Positions 25,930 to 36,399 of a stretch of 64,000 nucleotides of DNA are shown in pieces. This DNA comes from a virus, in the IMG/VR virus record IMGVR_UViG_3300025101_002824, positions 32,001 through 96,000 of that record, one strand, 5' to 3'. The translations under genes and the position numbers were made by a program. The notes below the pieces were generated by a model. The model saw nothing but the letters and a program-made list of their open reading frames with translations. It made no database searches and was not told where the DNA came from. Positions within the stretch are counted from its first letter, which is position 1, and every line of letters starts with the position of its first letter.

Positions 25930-27111
25930 ATGGCGTATTTTAATCATGCTTACGTTAAAGGTATGTTAGCTACAGGTATAGAAGACCTGAAAGATCAAGC
26001 TACTACAGCCCTTGGCGCAGCAGAACTTGGTTTAGTTAATGCTGGGACCTACCAAACAGTAGTTTTCCCAACATCTGCATCAGCAGCAGCTATACCTGCT
26101 GAATTTATGTTAGTTCTTGGTAACTATAACCAAACAGACACACTTGGTAATAACCCTGCAAGAGGTGGTTATGCTGAGTCAATCAAAACAAAAGTTATTA
26201 AAAAAAATTATGTAAGAGCTCTTTGGAGTGCACCTTGTGTTACTACAGCTGCTGAATACATTGAAATTGAAATTCCTGATGGATGTTTCAAATGTGATGG
26301 ATCTACAGCTGATCAAAATCAATTAAGACTTGATATTAAAGGTGATGAAGCATTACGTTTCTTAAACAGATTTTCTTATGCTGTTTTAGATTACAGAGAG
26401 TGTTGTGCAAGTGGTACTGATGTTCCTGGTGCAACTGTTGTAACTGCATGGGTAGATAGAATTAATAAAGATCCTTTATTAAATCCATTTATGACTGCTT
26501 CAGCTGTAGCTGGTGGTTCTGGTAATAACAAGTTAAAGTTAGTTATTGACTATACTGCAACTTTCTTTGACAACTGTTCTTATGATACAAGAGATCATTA
26601 TGGAGTTGCTCCATTAAGAGTTTCTGCATCTCCAGTAGATGATGATGGTAATGCATGTACAAACACATGTATGACTGCTGCTGTATCTGGTGTAGCTGTT
26701 TCTAACTTTGGTGAAAAGGAAGCATTTGCAATTGCTGTTAAGAAAGAAACTACAGGAGAACAAGTTATTGAATATCTTATTCTTGATGGTAGATACAGAC
26801 AAGATGGTGGTTGGAATCAAGGTAATAAAGATTCTGCTAGAATTAGAGAAATTCAACACGGAGATGAATTACTTAAATGTGGTGCTGCTTTAGTTGATAG
26901 AAGTGCATTCTACAAAGTTTATTACATACAACATACAGTGCCTAGATTTAACAATCCAACTGGAGTATTTGATAATGATCAATATTTATATAAAATATTT
27001 GTTCCTTGTTTAAGTGGAGCAGATCCTCATCCAAATATTGCAAAAATGGAACACTTAATGGGTTCTATAGCTGCTGCAAGTGGTGTAACATACACTGAGT
27101 ATGCTGTATAA
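25930..27111 (+). CDS. Abundant structural protein (capsid auxiliary/decoration candidate)
   Basis: Ala/Gly-rich 393 aa with its own 5' leader and terminator. Confidence 0.55.
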   Translation: MAYFNHAYVKGMLATGIEDLKDQATTALGAAELGLVNAGTYQTVVFPTSASAAAIPAEFMLVLGNYNQTDTLGNNPARGGYAESIKTKVIKKNYVRALWSAPCVTTAAEYIEIEIPDGCFKCDGSTADQNQLRLDIKGDEALRFLNRFSYAVLDYRECCASGTDVPGATVVTAWVDRINKDPLLNPFMTASAVAGGSGNNKLKLVIDYTATFFDNCSYDTRDHYGVAPLRVSASPVDDDGNACTNTCMTAAVSGVAVSNFGEKEAFAIAVKKETTGEQVIEYLILDGRYRQDGGWNQGNKDSARIREIQHGDELLKCGAALVDRSAFYKVYYIQHTVPRFNNPTGVFDNDQYLYKIFVPCLSGADPHPNIAKMEHLMGSIAAASGVTYTEYAV

Positions 27112-27134
27112 TTAATATTTAGTTAGTATTTATT

Positions 27135-27172
27135 AAAAAGGGCAGGTGAAATATTCCTGCTCTTTTTTTTTT
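27135..27172 (+). terminator. Intrinsic terminator (possibly bidirectional)
   Basis: AAAAAGGGCAGG-N9-CCTGCTC followed by a long T run. Confidence 0.8.
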
Positions 27173-27187
27173 CTTTTTATTAATTAA

Positions 27188-27209
27188 TTTTGTATATTAT
27201 TAATAGATA
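27188..27209 (+). promoter_or_regulatory. Putative late-promoter motif
   Basis: TTTTGTATATTATTAATAGATA right after the terminator and before ORF 27239. Confidence 0.55.
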
Positions 27210-27238
27210 CTCTTTGTATTTAAGACTAAAATAAAATT

Positions 27239-27784
27239 ATGGCAGCTAAACACATATTAAGCTTAGAAGTTTTACCTGTATCAAATCCTGAAGTACTCAG
27301 TATTAAAGATACTAGTACATATGCAAAAAATATAAAAATAGATTGTCCTGAATTATTAGTTACAGTTCCAGGATTTAATAGACCTGCACTTATTAAAGTA
27401 ACAGAAGGATTTGATCTAACAATTAATGCTTGTGCATTAAATGTACAAACAAAAAACTGTAATAATACAAGAGTTATTATACCAGATGGATTATATATTA
27501 TAAGGTATCAAGTTAGTCCTCATGACAAAGCTTATGTAGAGTATAATCATTTAAGAATCACAAACATAATGAATCAATACTATGATAAAATGTGTTTACT
27601 TGATATAACTCCTTGTGAGCCATCATATGATAGAAAAAAATTACTTGATCAATTAAGTGATATAAAAGTATATATAGATGCTGCAAAAGCTAAAGTAGAA
27701 TATGCAGCTAATCCCCAGGCAGGCTTAGAGTTATTTAATTTTGCAAAAAAGAAATTAGATAAAATAACTTGTCCAACATGTTAA
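27239..27784 (+). CDS. Structural protein (beta-rich, tail hub/fibre-associated candidate)
   Basis: IPDGLYIIRY beta pattern, Cys pairs and position. Confidence 0.5.
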   Translation: MAAKHILSLEVLPVSNPEVLSIKDTSTYAKNIKIDCPELLVTVPGFNRPALIKVTEGFDLTINACALNVQTKNCNNTRVIIPDGLYIIRYQVSPHDKAYVEYNHLRITNIMNQYYDKMCLLDITPCEPSYDRKKLLDQLSDIKVYIDAAKAKVEYAANPQAGLELFNFAKKKLDKITCPTC

Positions 27785-27802
27785 CCAATAAACCAAATAA
27801 AT

Positions 27803-27943
27803 ATGGCAGCAAATTGTACACATTGTAAACGAGCAATAGGATGCGGATGTCAACAAACAACTGCATCTGATGGAAAAATTGTTTGCAAAACCTGTGAAAA
27901 AGCTTATGAAGCAGCATTAGAAGCAGGATTAGTTAAAAAATAA
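27803..27943 (+). CDS. 46-aa Zn-finger-like peptide (MAANCTHCKRAIGCGCQQ...VCKTCEK)
   Basis: Translated by hand; CxxC, CGC and CxxC; fills the gap between neighbours. Confidence 0.65.
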   Translation: MAANCTHCKRAIGCGCQQTTASDGKIVCKTCEKAYEAALEAGLVKK

Positions 27944-27945
27944 GG

Positions 27946-30900
27946 ATGGAATCAAATTGTAATAAAAAAGATACTACTATACAAAAAATCCAGACTGAAC
28001 GTGGATTTGCTGATGAGATATTTAAAAAATATAGATATGAAAGATATGGTGTAGGTACTTGTTGTGGTTCCAATCTTCCTTCTTATATAAAAGATAAATA
28101 CCTTTGTGATTTTCAAGATTCTAAAGTTACACAATATGATTCTATAAAAACTGTAGTAACAAAATATGATCCTCCAGCAACTGGTGCTAAAGATGATGCT
28201 AATAGACCTGGATGGGTTGATGCAGCTTGTGGTATGGCACAAGGTGATATAGAAGTTTATTTTTATTATGATGCAACATCATTAGGTTTAACACAAGTAC
28301 AAGCTGCTTATAATGCAGCTAAAGATTGGATTGAAGTAGTAAAAGCTGAAGCAAATCAACCAGGAGATCCTGATTCATGTAATGGCGGCATAAGTGCAAG
28401 TGTAAAAGATTATCATACAACAGTATTTGGAGAAAGATGGCTTGATTGGGCTACATCATCAATGACTGGTATGTTTCAAAATTCAGGAAGTTGTGGTGGT
28501 AATGCTACTATAGATGTAAATGGTGTTCCATGTGCATCAAACAGTGCTGTAACAGGAACACCTGTAAATGTTGATGCAAATCCTAACAGAAACTTTGGTA
28601 CTAACGATTGTAATAGTGCTGCAGATTCAGTATTTCCATGGTCTGTAAATAATACTAATAAATTTTGGGCTATATTAAAATGGGCTCAAAGTAATGGTGT
28701 AATTATGCATAATGGTGGACCGGCAGGTGTTGATGTAACAGCATCAGTATTACCTGTAGCTCAAGGAGGTAACGGAGGAACTGATACTAGTGGTGGAGTT
28801 TTTGCTGGTGTTACTTCAATAGGTATGCCTCCTATTGCAAGCAAACAAAACTTATTAGTTGTAACATTTTTAGATGAAGCTACTTCAACCACTCATCATC
28901 AACCATATCATGGTAAAGGTGATCCAGCAACTTGGAATAATGCTACAGATGGATCAGGAACTGTAACTCCTTGTTGGGCAGCAGATCATACACAATTCAT
29001 TCAAACAAGAAATATTTGGATGGCTGGAATGGCAGATAGAAAATCTGATTTTTATATGTATCCATCTGCACCATCTAATCCTGGACCAGCACATCATCCT
29101 TTACCATTACATGTATTAGGAGCTATTACATCAGGTGATAAAACTCCAGCTGATGGTACATTAACTACAGCACCATTTAATACATTAGGACCATTAACAC
29201 CAATTCAAACATCTAATCCATATTTTGCTCAAGGATATGGTGCATTAGATCAACATGGATGGGGAACAAATGTATTTGAAGGAGTATTTCAAGCTGAAAC
29301 TTTTCAAAATGATTTAGATGCATTTGTAGATTTAGAAAATTGTAATGACTCAGAATGTTTTCTATTTGTTGTAAAAGACCAAAATGGTAATCCTATTAGT
29401 TGTCATCCAATAACAATAAATGGTGGCGTTGTTGGAGAAACAAATGAAAATGGATTTTTAAGATGGTGTGTAAATAATGCATCAGTTAACACAAGACACA
29501 TATTAGATTTATGTACATGTTTAACTACTACAGGTGGATGTAAATCTCAAAAGGTTTCTATGACCATAACAGATAAATGTAAATTTACTGCATGTGATGT
29601 AACACCTTTTCAAGCATGTGAAGAACCAGCTGAAACAACATCTTCTGGTAATTTATTAAAAGGTTGTACTGATCCTAATGCAGATAATTATAATCCAAAC
29701 GCAACTGTAGATGATGGATCATGTAAGTTTTGTGAATCTTTTACTATAACAACAGGAAGTATAGGTGATGCTACAGAAAATAATGACACTCCTCCTGTAT
29801 GTCAAAATGATGGTTTTATAAATATTATAGTAGCAGGAGGAACGCCACCATATACATTCCAATGGACTGGACCAAGTGGATATACAGCAACTACACAAAA
29901 TATAACAGGTATATGTGGAGGTGTATATAATGTTTTTGTTACAGATAGTGCTACTAATCCATGTACAGAAGCTGCATCTTTCTTTATTGATCAACCACAA
30001 TCAAGAATTTATGGTTGTATGGATGCTACTGCTTGTAATTATAATTCTTCTGCTACACATAGTGATAATTCATGTTTATTCTCTGGTTGTACTGATTCTT
30101 CTGCAACTAATTATGATCCTACTGCAACAGCAGATTGTAATTGTAATCCACCATCATCTCCTTTGTATCAAAATGATGTAGGTTGGGATAGCTGTTGTAC
30201 AGCATGTGTAGATGGATGTATGGATCCAAATGCAAACAATTTTAATTCTGCTGCTACTTGTGATGATGGTTCCTGTACATATAATTATTCATGTATTCAA
30301 ACAGGAAGTCCTGGATTTAATAGTTGTGATGGATATACAAATATAGGTACATTTTCAAATTCATCTCAAGCTTTAAACTTTTATACTGATCCAGCAAATG
30401 GATTTACACATTTACCAATAAATTCTATTGTGCATTCATTAACTGGTGTTGCACCTCAACCAGGACAATGTGTTGATGCAAATGGTAATATAATAAAATT
30501 TAATGGCGGAATATTCTTTACTATGAGTGATATAGCTGGTACATCATGTCCTCATGATGATTGGCCTCTTTCATGGACAGCTGCTGGTTTACTTCCAGAT
30601 GCAAATAGTACTACACAAAGAACATTTATTACAGAAAGTTGGGATGATGTTTTAAATTATCTTCAAGATACACTTGCTCAAGGTCAACAGTATGTTGATT
30701 GGTCAAATAGTTTTATAACTTCATTTAATAGTTTAACATATCAAGATATAGCTACTATTCTTCAAGCATCACAAGGTACATTATACACTGGACCAGGTCA
30801 ACCTGCATTACAGAATCTTCTTTATCCTGAATGTCAATATAGAAGAATTTTACCATCATCTGCTGCTGGTCCATGTACTTGTCTTGGAACAACTCAAACA

Positions 30901-33294
30901 TGTACTTGTACTGAAATGACAGATGGTACAGGTATTTATCCAACTATACAAGATTGTCAAAATAGTCCAACAGAATGCTGTAATACAAGTATAGGACCTA
31001 AATTTGTTTGTGTACCAGGAAATATAACAAATAGTTGTAGTAATAAAACATTAGCATCACCTAATGTTATTAGCCTTACTCCTAATTTAAATGATAATTT
31101 AGCTCAAGAATGGACATCTTCAAATATTTATTGGCCTGTAGTTCCTGTAGATGGATTCTATTTTAAAATAGATAATAATGCAGGAGGTAGTTGTTTTGCA
31201 TTAATAAATGAAGCGCAAGCTTATATAACAAAACTTTCAGTTGATTTTGATGATCCACAACCTGTAATACAACCACAATCATATACTATACAAACTGGTG
31301 GTGACTCATGGGCAATAGTTCAAAATGCTCTATTTAATGCTGGTTATAATGGTACTACATATCCTGATTTATCAAACGCTGATTGGAATACTGCTAAAAT
31401 AATAACTGCTCAAAGTCAACCAGGAGCTTGGTCATTTAGAGCTTTTATGTCTTTATGTAATTGTACTAATGATGGTAATTGTGATTGTATTGAAGATCAA
31501 ACAGGACAGTATAATGATTATGCAAGCTGTATTCAAGATTGTTGTGATAGTCAATTAACATATGGTTGTACTGATCCAAACGCAATAAACTATGATCCTA
31601 ATGTTCAAATTGATGATTCTACATGTTTATACTGTGATGATTTAAATGCTCAAGGTGTACCAACACCTATTCATGATGCTACTTTTACTGATTATGTAGA
31701 TCCTACACCTTCTAATGCATCAAACGGTTCAGTATTAGTTAATTTTGCTGTATCAGTAAATACAGGTACTAATTTAAATGTTTTAGTATATGATTCTCAA
31801 GCTAATCTTGTTCAAACTAATTTAATTCCTGGTGGTGCTACAAGTTATCTTATTACAGGATTACCAACAGACAATTATACAATAGTTTTAGAATGGATAA
31901 AGACTGTTGGAGGAAGTACAATAATCATGTGTTCAGAAAATTATTCAATATTTATTGGAAATCCAGGTGGAGCATTATTATGGGAATGTGTACCAAATTA
32001 TGGTAATCCTACAATAGATGTAATGAGTCCTCCTTTGGCTGGATATAATATTGCAGCACAACCAAATTCAACTTTATATAATGCACAAGGTGCTTATACA
32101 CAAGTAGGAGCTACACCTTATTTAACTGTTGCAGCAAGAGATTGGACAAAAAATCCTGATTCTTATGGTTTACCTTTAAGTTTAAGACAACCATGGGGTT
32201 ATCAAATTGATGGTCCATTTGGCTCAGCTGATTGTGTAGATAATCTATCAGGAGGTATACAATTTGCAATTGTTAAATTTGATATATCAGATAGTAGTTT
32301 TAATACTTTATTTGAAATGACTACTACAAATAACAATACATGGAATGATTTAACAAGTTTTGTATCAGGTTTAGTTAACAATCCAGGTTTAGTAAATGCA
32401 AATTATGAAGATATTGAAATTGCACTTGCTGCTGCTGGAAATGGTGATACTATTACAGTTTCAGCACAAAAACCAATAAATTGTGGAGATTGTGAGTGTA
32501 TAGAAACACATAGTGGTATATATACAACAGAAGCTGCTTGTAACTCAGCATGTTGTATATCAGGTTGTACAGATCCAGCTGCTGATAACTACAATCCAAA
32601 TGCAAATTTAGAAAATGGATCATGTGTTTATTGTAGTGGATTTGATGCATTATTAAGTAATGCAGATCCTACAATTCCAACTGGAAATAGCGGAAGTTGG
32701 AATGCAGGAAATATTAATGTAAACAATGGGCAGATATTAGCATCAGGTATAGGTGGTTCTGGTCAATATGCTGTTAATGTTTATTATGAAGGTTATAATG
32801 GAAATGCAGAAGTAAATCCAATATCATTATATCCAGGATTTTATAAAGTAGTACTATTTGATATAGTTACTCAATGTACTAGAATAAAGTTTACGCAATT
32901 AGAACCATTAAGTGATAAGTGTCGTACAACTGGTACTCCATGGTATCCTACTGCAGCAAGTTCATTTAGTGCAAGTGGACAATGGAATGAGCTGACTAGT
33001 AAAATGGGTGCAGGTAATCTTTCAGTTAATCCTAATGCACATCCTAATACCAACGTTTGGCCAAGATCTTTATCTAGTATTTATGTAACAAATTTAAATC
33101 ATACAGGTGGAGCAACTTATACAGTAAGACTTTATAATAATGCTACTGGTGCAAATGTTGTAACTTTACCAAATGTATCTGGTTTAGTACAAATAAATGC
33201 TTTAGTACAAGGAACATCATATACACTTGAAGTTAGTAATGGCACAGGTGCCTGTGATTTAATTGGACATGTGTTTACATTTGATGCTTTATAA
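27946..33294 (+). CDS. 1782-aa Cys-rich fibre/adhesin-like protein with GC[TM]D repeats and SprB-like repeats
   Basis: Six GC[TM]DxxAxNY repeats; DGFINIIVAGGTPPYTFQW...GVYNVFVTDS (SprB-like); Ig/FN3-like C-terminus. Confidence 0.7.
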   Translation: MESNCNKKDTTIQKIQTERGFADEIFKKYRYERYGVGTCCGSNLPSYIKDKYLCDFQDSKVTQYDSIKTVVTKYDPPATGAKDDANRPGWVDAACGMAQGDIEVYFYYDATSLGLTQVQAAYNAAKDWIEVVKAEANQPGDPDSCNGGISASVKDYHTTVFGERWLDWATSSMTGMFQNSGSCGGNATIDVNGVPCASNSAVTGTPVNVDANPNRNFGTNDCNSAADSVFPWSVNNTNKFWAILKWAQSNGVIMHNGGPAGVDVTASVLPVAQGGNGGTDTSGGVFAGVTSIGMPPIASKQNLLVVTFLDEATSTTHHQPYHGKGDPATWNNATDGSGTVTPCWAADHTQFIQTRNIWMAGMADRKSDFYMYPSAPSNPGPAHHPLPLHVLGAITSGDKTPADGTLTTAPFNTLGPLTPIQTSNPYFAQGYGALDQHGWGTNVFEGVFQAETFQNDLDAFVDLENCNDSECFLFVVKDQNGNPISCHPITINGGVVGETNENGFLRWCVNNASVNTRHILDLCTCLTTTGGCKSQKVSMTITDKCKFTACDVTPFQACEEPAETTSSGNLLKGCTDPNADNYNPNATVDDGSCKFCESFTITTGSIGDATENNDTPPVCQNDGFINIIVAGGTPPYTFQWTGPSGYTATTQNITGICGGVYNVFVTDSATNPCTEAASFFIDQPQSRIYGCMDATACNYNSSATHSDNSCLFSGCTDSSATNYDPTATADCNCNPPSSPLYQNDVGWDSCCTACVDGCMDPNANNFNSAATCDDGSCTYNYSCIQTGSPGFNSCDGYTNIGTFSNSSQALNFYTDPANGFTHLPINSIVHSLTGVAPQPGQCVDANGNIIKFNGGIFFTMSDIAGTSCPHDDWPLSWTAAGLLPDANSTTQRTFITESWDDVLNYLQDTLAQGQQYVDWSNSFITSFNSLTYQDIATILQASQGTLYTGPGQPALQNLLYPECQYRRILPSSAAGPCTCLGTTQTCTCTEMTDGTGIYPTIQDCQNSPTECCNTSIGPKFVCVPGNITNSCSNKTLASPNVISLTPNLNDNLAQEWTSSNIYWPVVPVDGFYFKIDNNAGGSCFALINEAQAYITKLSVDFDDPQPVIQPQSYTIQTGGDSWAIVQNALFNAGYNGTTYPDLSNADWNTAKIITAQSQPGAWSFRAFMSLCNCTNDGNCDCIEDQTGQYNDYASCIQDCCDSQLTYGCTDPNAINYDPNVQIDDSTCLYCDDLNAQGVPTPIHDATFTDYVDPTPSNASNGSVLVNFAVSVNTGTNLNVLVYDSQANLVQTNLIPGGATSYLITGLPTDNYTIVLEWIKTVGGSTIIMCSENYSIFIGNPGGALLWECVPNYGNPTIDVMSPPLAGYNIAAQPNSTLYNAQGAYTQVGATPYLTVAARDWTKNPDSYGLPLSLRQPWGYQIDGPFGSADCVDNLSGGIQFAIVKFDISDSSFNTLFEMTTTNNNTWNDLTSFVSGLVNNPGLVNANYEDIEIALAAAGNGDTITVSAQKPINCGDCECIETHSGIYTTEAACNSACCISGCTDPAADNYNPNANLENGSCVYCSGFDALLSNADPTIPTGNSGSWNAGNINVNNGQILASGIGGSGQYAVNVYYEGYNGNAEVNPISLYPGFYKVVLFDIVTQCTRIKFTQLEPLSDKCRTTGTPWYPTAASSFSASGQWNELTSKMGAGNLSVNPNAHPNTNVWPRSLSSIYVTNLNHTGGATYTVRLYNNATGANVVTLPNVSGLVQINALVQGTSYTLEVSNGTGACDLIGHVFTFDAL

Positions 33295-33314
33295 ATAGGG
33301 AAAATAAAAAATAA

Positions 33315-33337
33315 TTTGTATATTATTAATGTAGAAT
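33315..33337 (+). promoter_or_regulatory. Putative late-promoter motif
   Basis: GTATATTATTAATGTAGAAT (33318-33337) is identical to 48490-48509. Confidence 0.6.
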
Positions 33338-33343
33338 AAAGAT

Positions 33344-34474
33344 ATGATACCAACGAATTCAAATAATCCAACTAATTGTGATCCTATATCATCTAACTGT
33401 GTAGTTTGGCAAGGACCAGATATTCCATGTGGAAATATATGTACAGGAGATACTATTAGTGATGTTGTTGCAGCATTATGTACTGAACTTCAACTACTTC
33501 AAACTTTAATAGAAAATGGTGGCGGATCATCATTTAATATTGCTAATATTAATCAATCAGAATTAATAGGAACACCTGCTACAAATTTAGAAGAGTTGAT
33601 TCAATTAATGATTGATAATATTATTATCAATTCAGGTAATAGTCCAGGTCCAGGAACAGGAGGAGATTTTGATTGTGCAGAGGTAATGAAATGTGCTGTT
33701 ACAACTCCAGCATGTTTTAGAGAGTTAACTGGATTTTCTAGTGGTGGTAATTTAAATGATTGGATTACAACTGTATCTCAACACCTATGTGATTTAGGAA
33801 CTGTAACCTCAACACAACAATCATTAACAACTACATTAGCAGCTAGAGTATCAAATTTAGAACAACAACCTACTGGAGATCCAAATCCAAGAGTATATTC
33901 TAGTGGTGTTACTACAAAAGGTGTACTTACTCCTATAGAAACAGTTGTTCAAGCATTGGATTCTCAATTTATTACTTTAAGAAATACAACTGGTGATCCA
34001 GCAAATATTTCTACTGGTATTAATACACAACCAAAAGATTTAACAACTCCAAGAAGTACTGAAGGATATAGTGGTGTAATAAAAACAAGTCCAGCAACAA
34101 GTGGAGATGCTCAATATAATACTTGGTTAGCAATAGATGATTTAAGAAAAGCAGTAAAAGATATACAAGATAATTGTTGTGCAAACATTCAATTACAAAG
34201 AATGAATGGTATAAATAGTTTATATGCAAATGGTACTACATGTGCAACTGCATTATCAGCTGCAACAGCAAATACAGGTTGTTTAGATATTTGGAATACA
34301 ACAGGGGTACAATGGGATACTACAGTTAAAGCTTATAGTAATCCATATAATCCAGGACCAAATACAGAACTTGCACATAATCAATATTATGCATTATGTG
34401 GAGGTGCTGCAATAGCAAGATATAGTAGAACATCACCGCATTGGAATAATATAACAACTAATTGTGGAGGTTAA
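33344..34474 (+). CDS. Cys-containing tail fibre/structural protein
   Basis: CDPISSNCVVWQGPDIPC N-terminus and short coiled-coil segments. Confidence 0.55.
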   Translation: MIPTNSNNPTNCDPISSNCVVWQGPDIPCGNICTGDTISDVVAALCTELQLLQTLIENGGGSSFNIANINQSELIGTPATNLEELIQLMIDNIIINSGNSPGPGTGGDFDCAEVMKCAVTTPACFRELTGFSSGGNLNDWITTVSQHLCDLGTVTSTQQSLTTTLAARVSNLEQQPTGDPNPRVYSSGVTTKGVLTPIETVVQALDSQFITLRNTTGDPANISTGINTQPKDLTTPRSTEGYSGVIKTSPATSGDAQYNTWLAIDDLRKAVKDIQDNCCANIQLQRMNGINSLYANGTTCATALSAATANTGCLDIWNTTGVQWDTTVKAYSNPYNPGPNTELAHNQYYALCGGAAIARYSRTSPHWNNITTNCGG

Positions 34475-34495
34475 TAATTAATAAATAATAAAAAA

Positions 34496-35038
34496 ATGGC
34501 TTGTAATAATTGTAATGATACTTCTACTGATTGTAGTAATTTAGCATGCGGATGTGCTGATACATCACAAACTATGCCGTGTACATATACTGATTGTAGA
34601 AAAGACGGTGCTGAATCTTGTGATGAAGTAACATGTGCAGCATGTGTATCATATTGTGCAGATACCTTTGAAGCTTCATTAGGAAGTACAATTTTACAAG
34701 TTGCTAAAGGAGAAAGATTAGATAGAATTTTACAAAGAATGGTTTTATTTTTGACTAATGCAACATGTGTTGCAACTGCTCCTCAATTAGTTTCTTTAGG
34801 TACAATTACAAGTAATACAATAATGGTAGAGTGGTCAGGTGTACCAAATGGCGCAACAGTAGATGTACAATTTAAACTTCCTACATCTCAAGGATGGACT
34901 ACAGCTGCAACTGGACTTGGAACTTCAGTAACAGCTCATACTGTAACAAATTTAGCAGCTCAAAATGTTTATCAATTTAGAGTTCTTAATGGTTCTTGTT
35001 CATCAGTAATAGTAACTGGTGTAACATTACCTATATAA
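34496..35038 (+). CDS. Cys-rich protein with a C-terminal fibronectin type III domain
   Basis: ITSNTIMVEWSG...W...HTVTNLAAQNVYQFRV matches FN3. Confidence 0.7.
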   Translation: MACNNCNDTSTDCSNLACGCADTSQTMPCTYTDCRKDGAESCDEVTCAACVSYCADTFEASLGSTILQVAKGERLDRILQRMVLFLTNATCVATAPQLVSLGTITSNTIMVEWSGVPNGATVDVQFKLPTSQGWTTAATGLGTSVTAHTVTNLAAQNVYQFRVLNGSCSSVIVTGVTLPI

Positions 35039-35089
35039 TACAACAAGAAAGTGAGGGTTTTATATTGGTTTTCCTAAACTTAATTGTCT

Positions 35090-35122
35090 GAGGCCTGGGG
35101 TTAACACCGGGCCTCTTTTTTT
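35090..35122 (+). terminator. Intrinsic terminator
   Basis: GAGGCCTGG-N8-CCGGGCCTC followed by TTTTTTT. Confidence 0.85.
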
Positions 35123-35143
35123 ATATACATACAGAAATTTTTA

Positions 35144-35151
35144 TATATTTG
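35144..35151 (+). promoter_or_regulatory. Bacteroidota-type -7 element (TATATTTG)
   Basis: TAnnTTTG between the terminator and the phosphoesterase start. Confidence 0.55.
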
Positions 35152-35171
35152 CAAACAAAACTTAATAATTT

Positions 35172-36353
35172 ATGGAATCATTTATAGACAAAATTAAAGG
35201 ATCATTTAAATGGAAAAAAACATCAGACTATTGTGCTGATAAATTAGGAATAACTGTTGAAGATTATGAAGTATTAAAATCTTGGGTTAAATCTACAGAA
35301 TTAATAGAAAACAGTAATTCATCATATGAGTATAATTTAGAAAAAGGTGAAGCAAAAATGGAGACAATAAGTTCTTCTGAACCAAAGTCACCTGAAGAAA
35401 TAATTAAAATGTTAAACATTGATACTACTCAATGGAAACTTTCAAGTTATTGGAATAAACAAATGGGTGATCATTGGCGTGTATCTGCAATGGTTACTAA
35501 AATAAAAGATAATGAAGTTGATAATATAGCTGAATTATTAAAAGAGTTTAAGCCTAAAAAATTTAAGCCAGTAAAAAGAATTAAAACTCCAGGTAAAGTA
35601 AAAACAGCTGGAGTTTTGTCTTTACAAGATATACATTTTGGTAAAGAAGGAAATGAAACAATTGATAAATGTTTTGAAGAAACAATTATTGATTTAGTTG
35701 AAAGAGCTACAAGTGCTCATCATTTAGAAAAAATATACTACGTAGTAGGAGGGGATCTTATAAACATGGATACATGGAGTGGTAGTACTACTAGTGGTAC
35801 ACCATTAGATAACTGTATGACTGCTACAGAAGCTTACATGCAGGCTTTTAATGCTATACAATGGAGTATAAATTATATTAAACAATTTTGTGATACTTTA
35901 CAAGTAGTATATATACCAGGTAATCATGATAGACTTTCCTCTTTTCATTTAGCACATGGTCTATCTAAATGTTTTGATGATGCAAATATTGAATGGGATG
36001 TAGTTTATCTTGAGAGAAAAGTATTTACATATGGAGATAACTTTTTTGCATTTGAACATGGTGATGTAAATACTAAAAATTCTTTAATGTTATACTCTAT
36101 GGAATATCCAAGAGAATGGGGTAAGACATTATTTAGAACCTTATACACAGGACATTATCATCATAAGAAAAAAATAGAATACATAACAGCTCATGAAAAT
36201 ACAGGTTTTATGTTAAAAATATTACCAAGTTTATCAAGAACTGATTATTATCATTATCATAATAAATTTGTTGGATCTAGAAGATCTGGGGTACTATCTA
36301 TACATAGTCCTAACAAAGGAGAAATATGTGAGTTAACATATTCTCCTGAATAA
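35172..36353 (+). CDS. Calcineurin-like metallophosphoesterase
   Basis: DIHFG, GGDL, GNHD, HGD and GHYH: all five family motifs. Confidence 0.9.
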   Translation: MESFIDKIKGSFKWKKTSDYCADKLGITVEDYEVLKSWVKSTELIENSNSSYEYNLEKGEAKMETISSSEPKSPEEIIKMLNIDTTQWKLSSYWNKQMGDHWRVSAMVTKIKDNEVDNIAELLKEFKPKKFKPVKRIKTPGKVKTAGVLSLQDIHFGKEGNETIDKCFEETIIDLVERATSAHHLEKIYYVVGGDLINMDTWSGSTTSGTPLDNCMTATEAYMQAFNAIQWSINYIKQFCDTLQVVYIPGNHDRLSSFHLAHGLSKCFDDANIEWDVVYLERKVFTYGDNFFAFEHGDVNTKNSLMLYSMEYPREWGKTLFRTLYTGHYHHKKKIEYITAHENTGFMLKILPSLSRTDYYHYHNKFVGSRRSGVLSIHSPNKGEICELTYSPE

Positions 36354-36399
36354 CTTTTATTTATCCCTATTTTTTTGTAAATTATATACGTAAGTAGAT

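Noticed and set aside
27946-33294. Diversity-generating retroelement target
   Set aside because: No reverse transcriptase in the window and no near-identical repeat pair differing at adenines was noticed.
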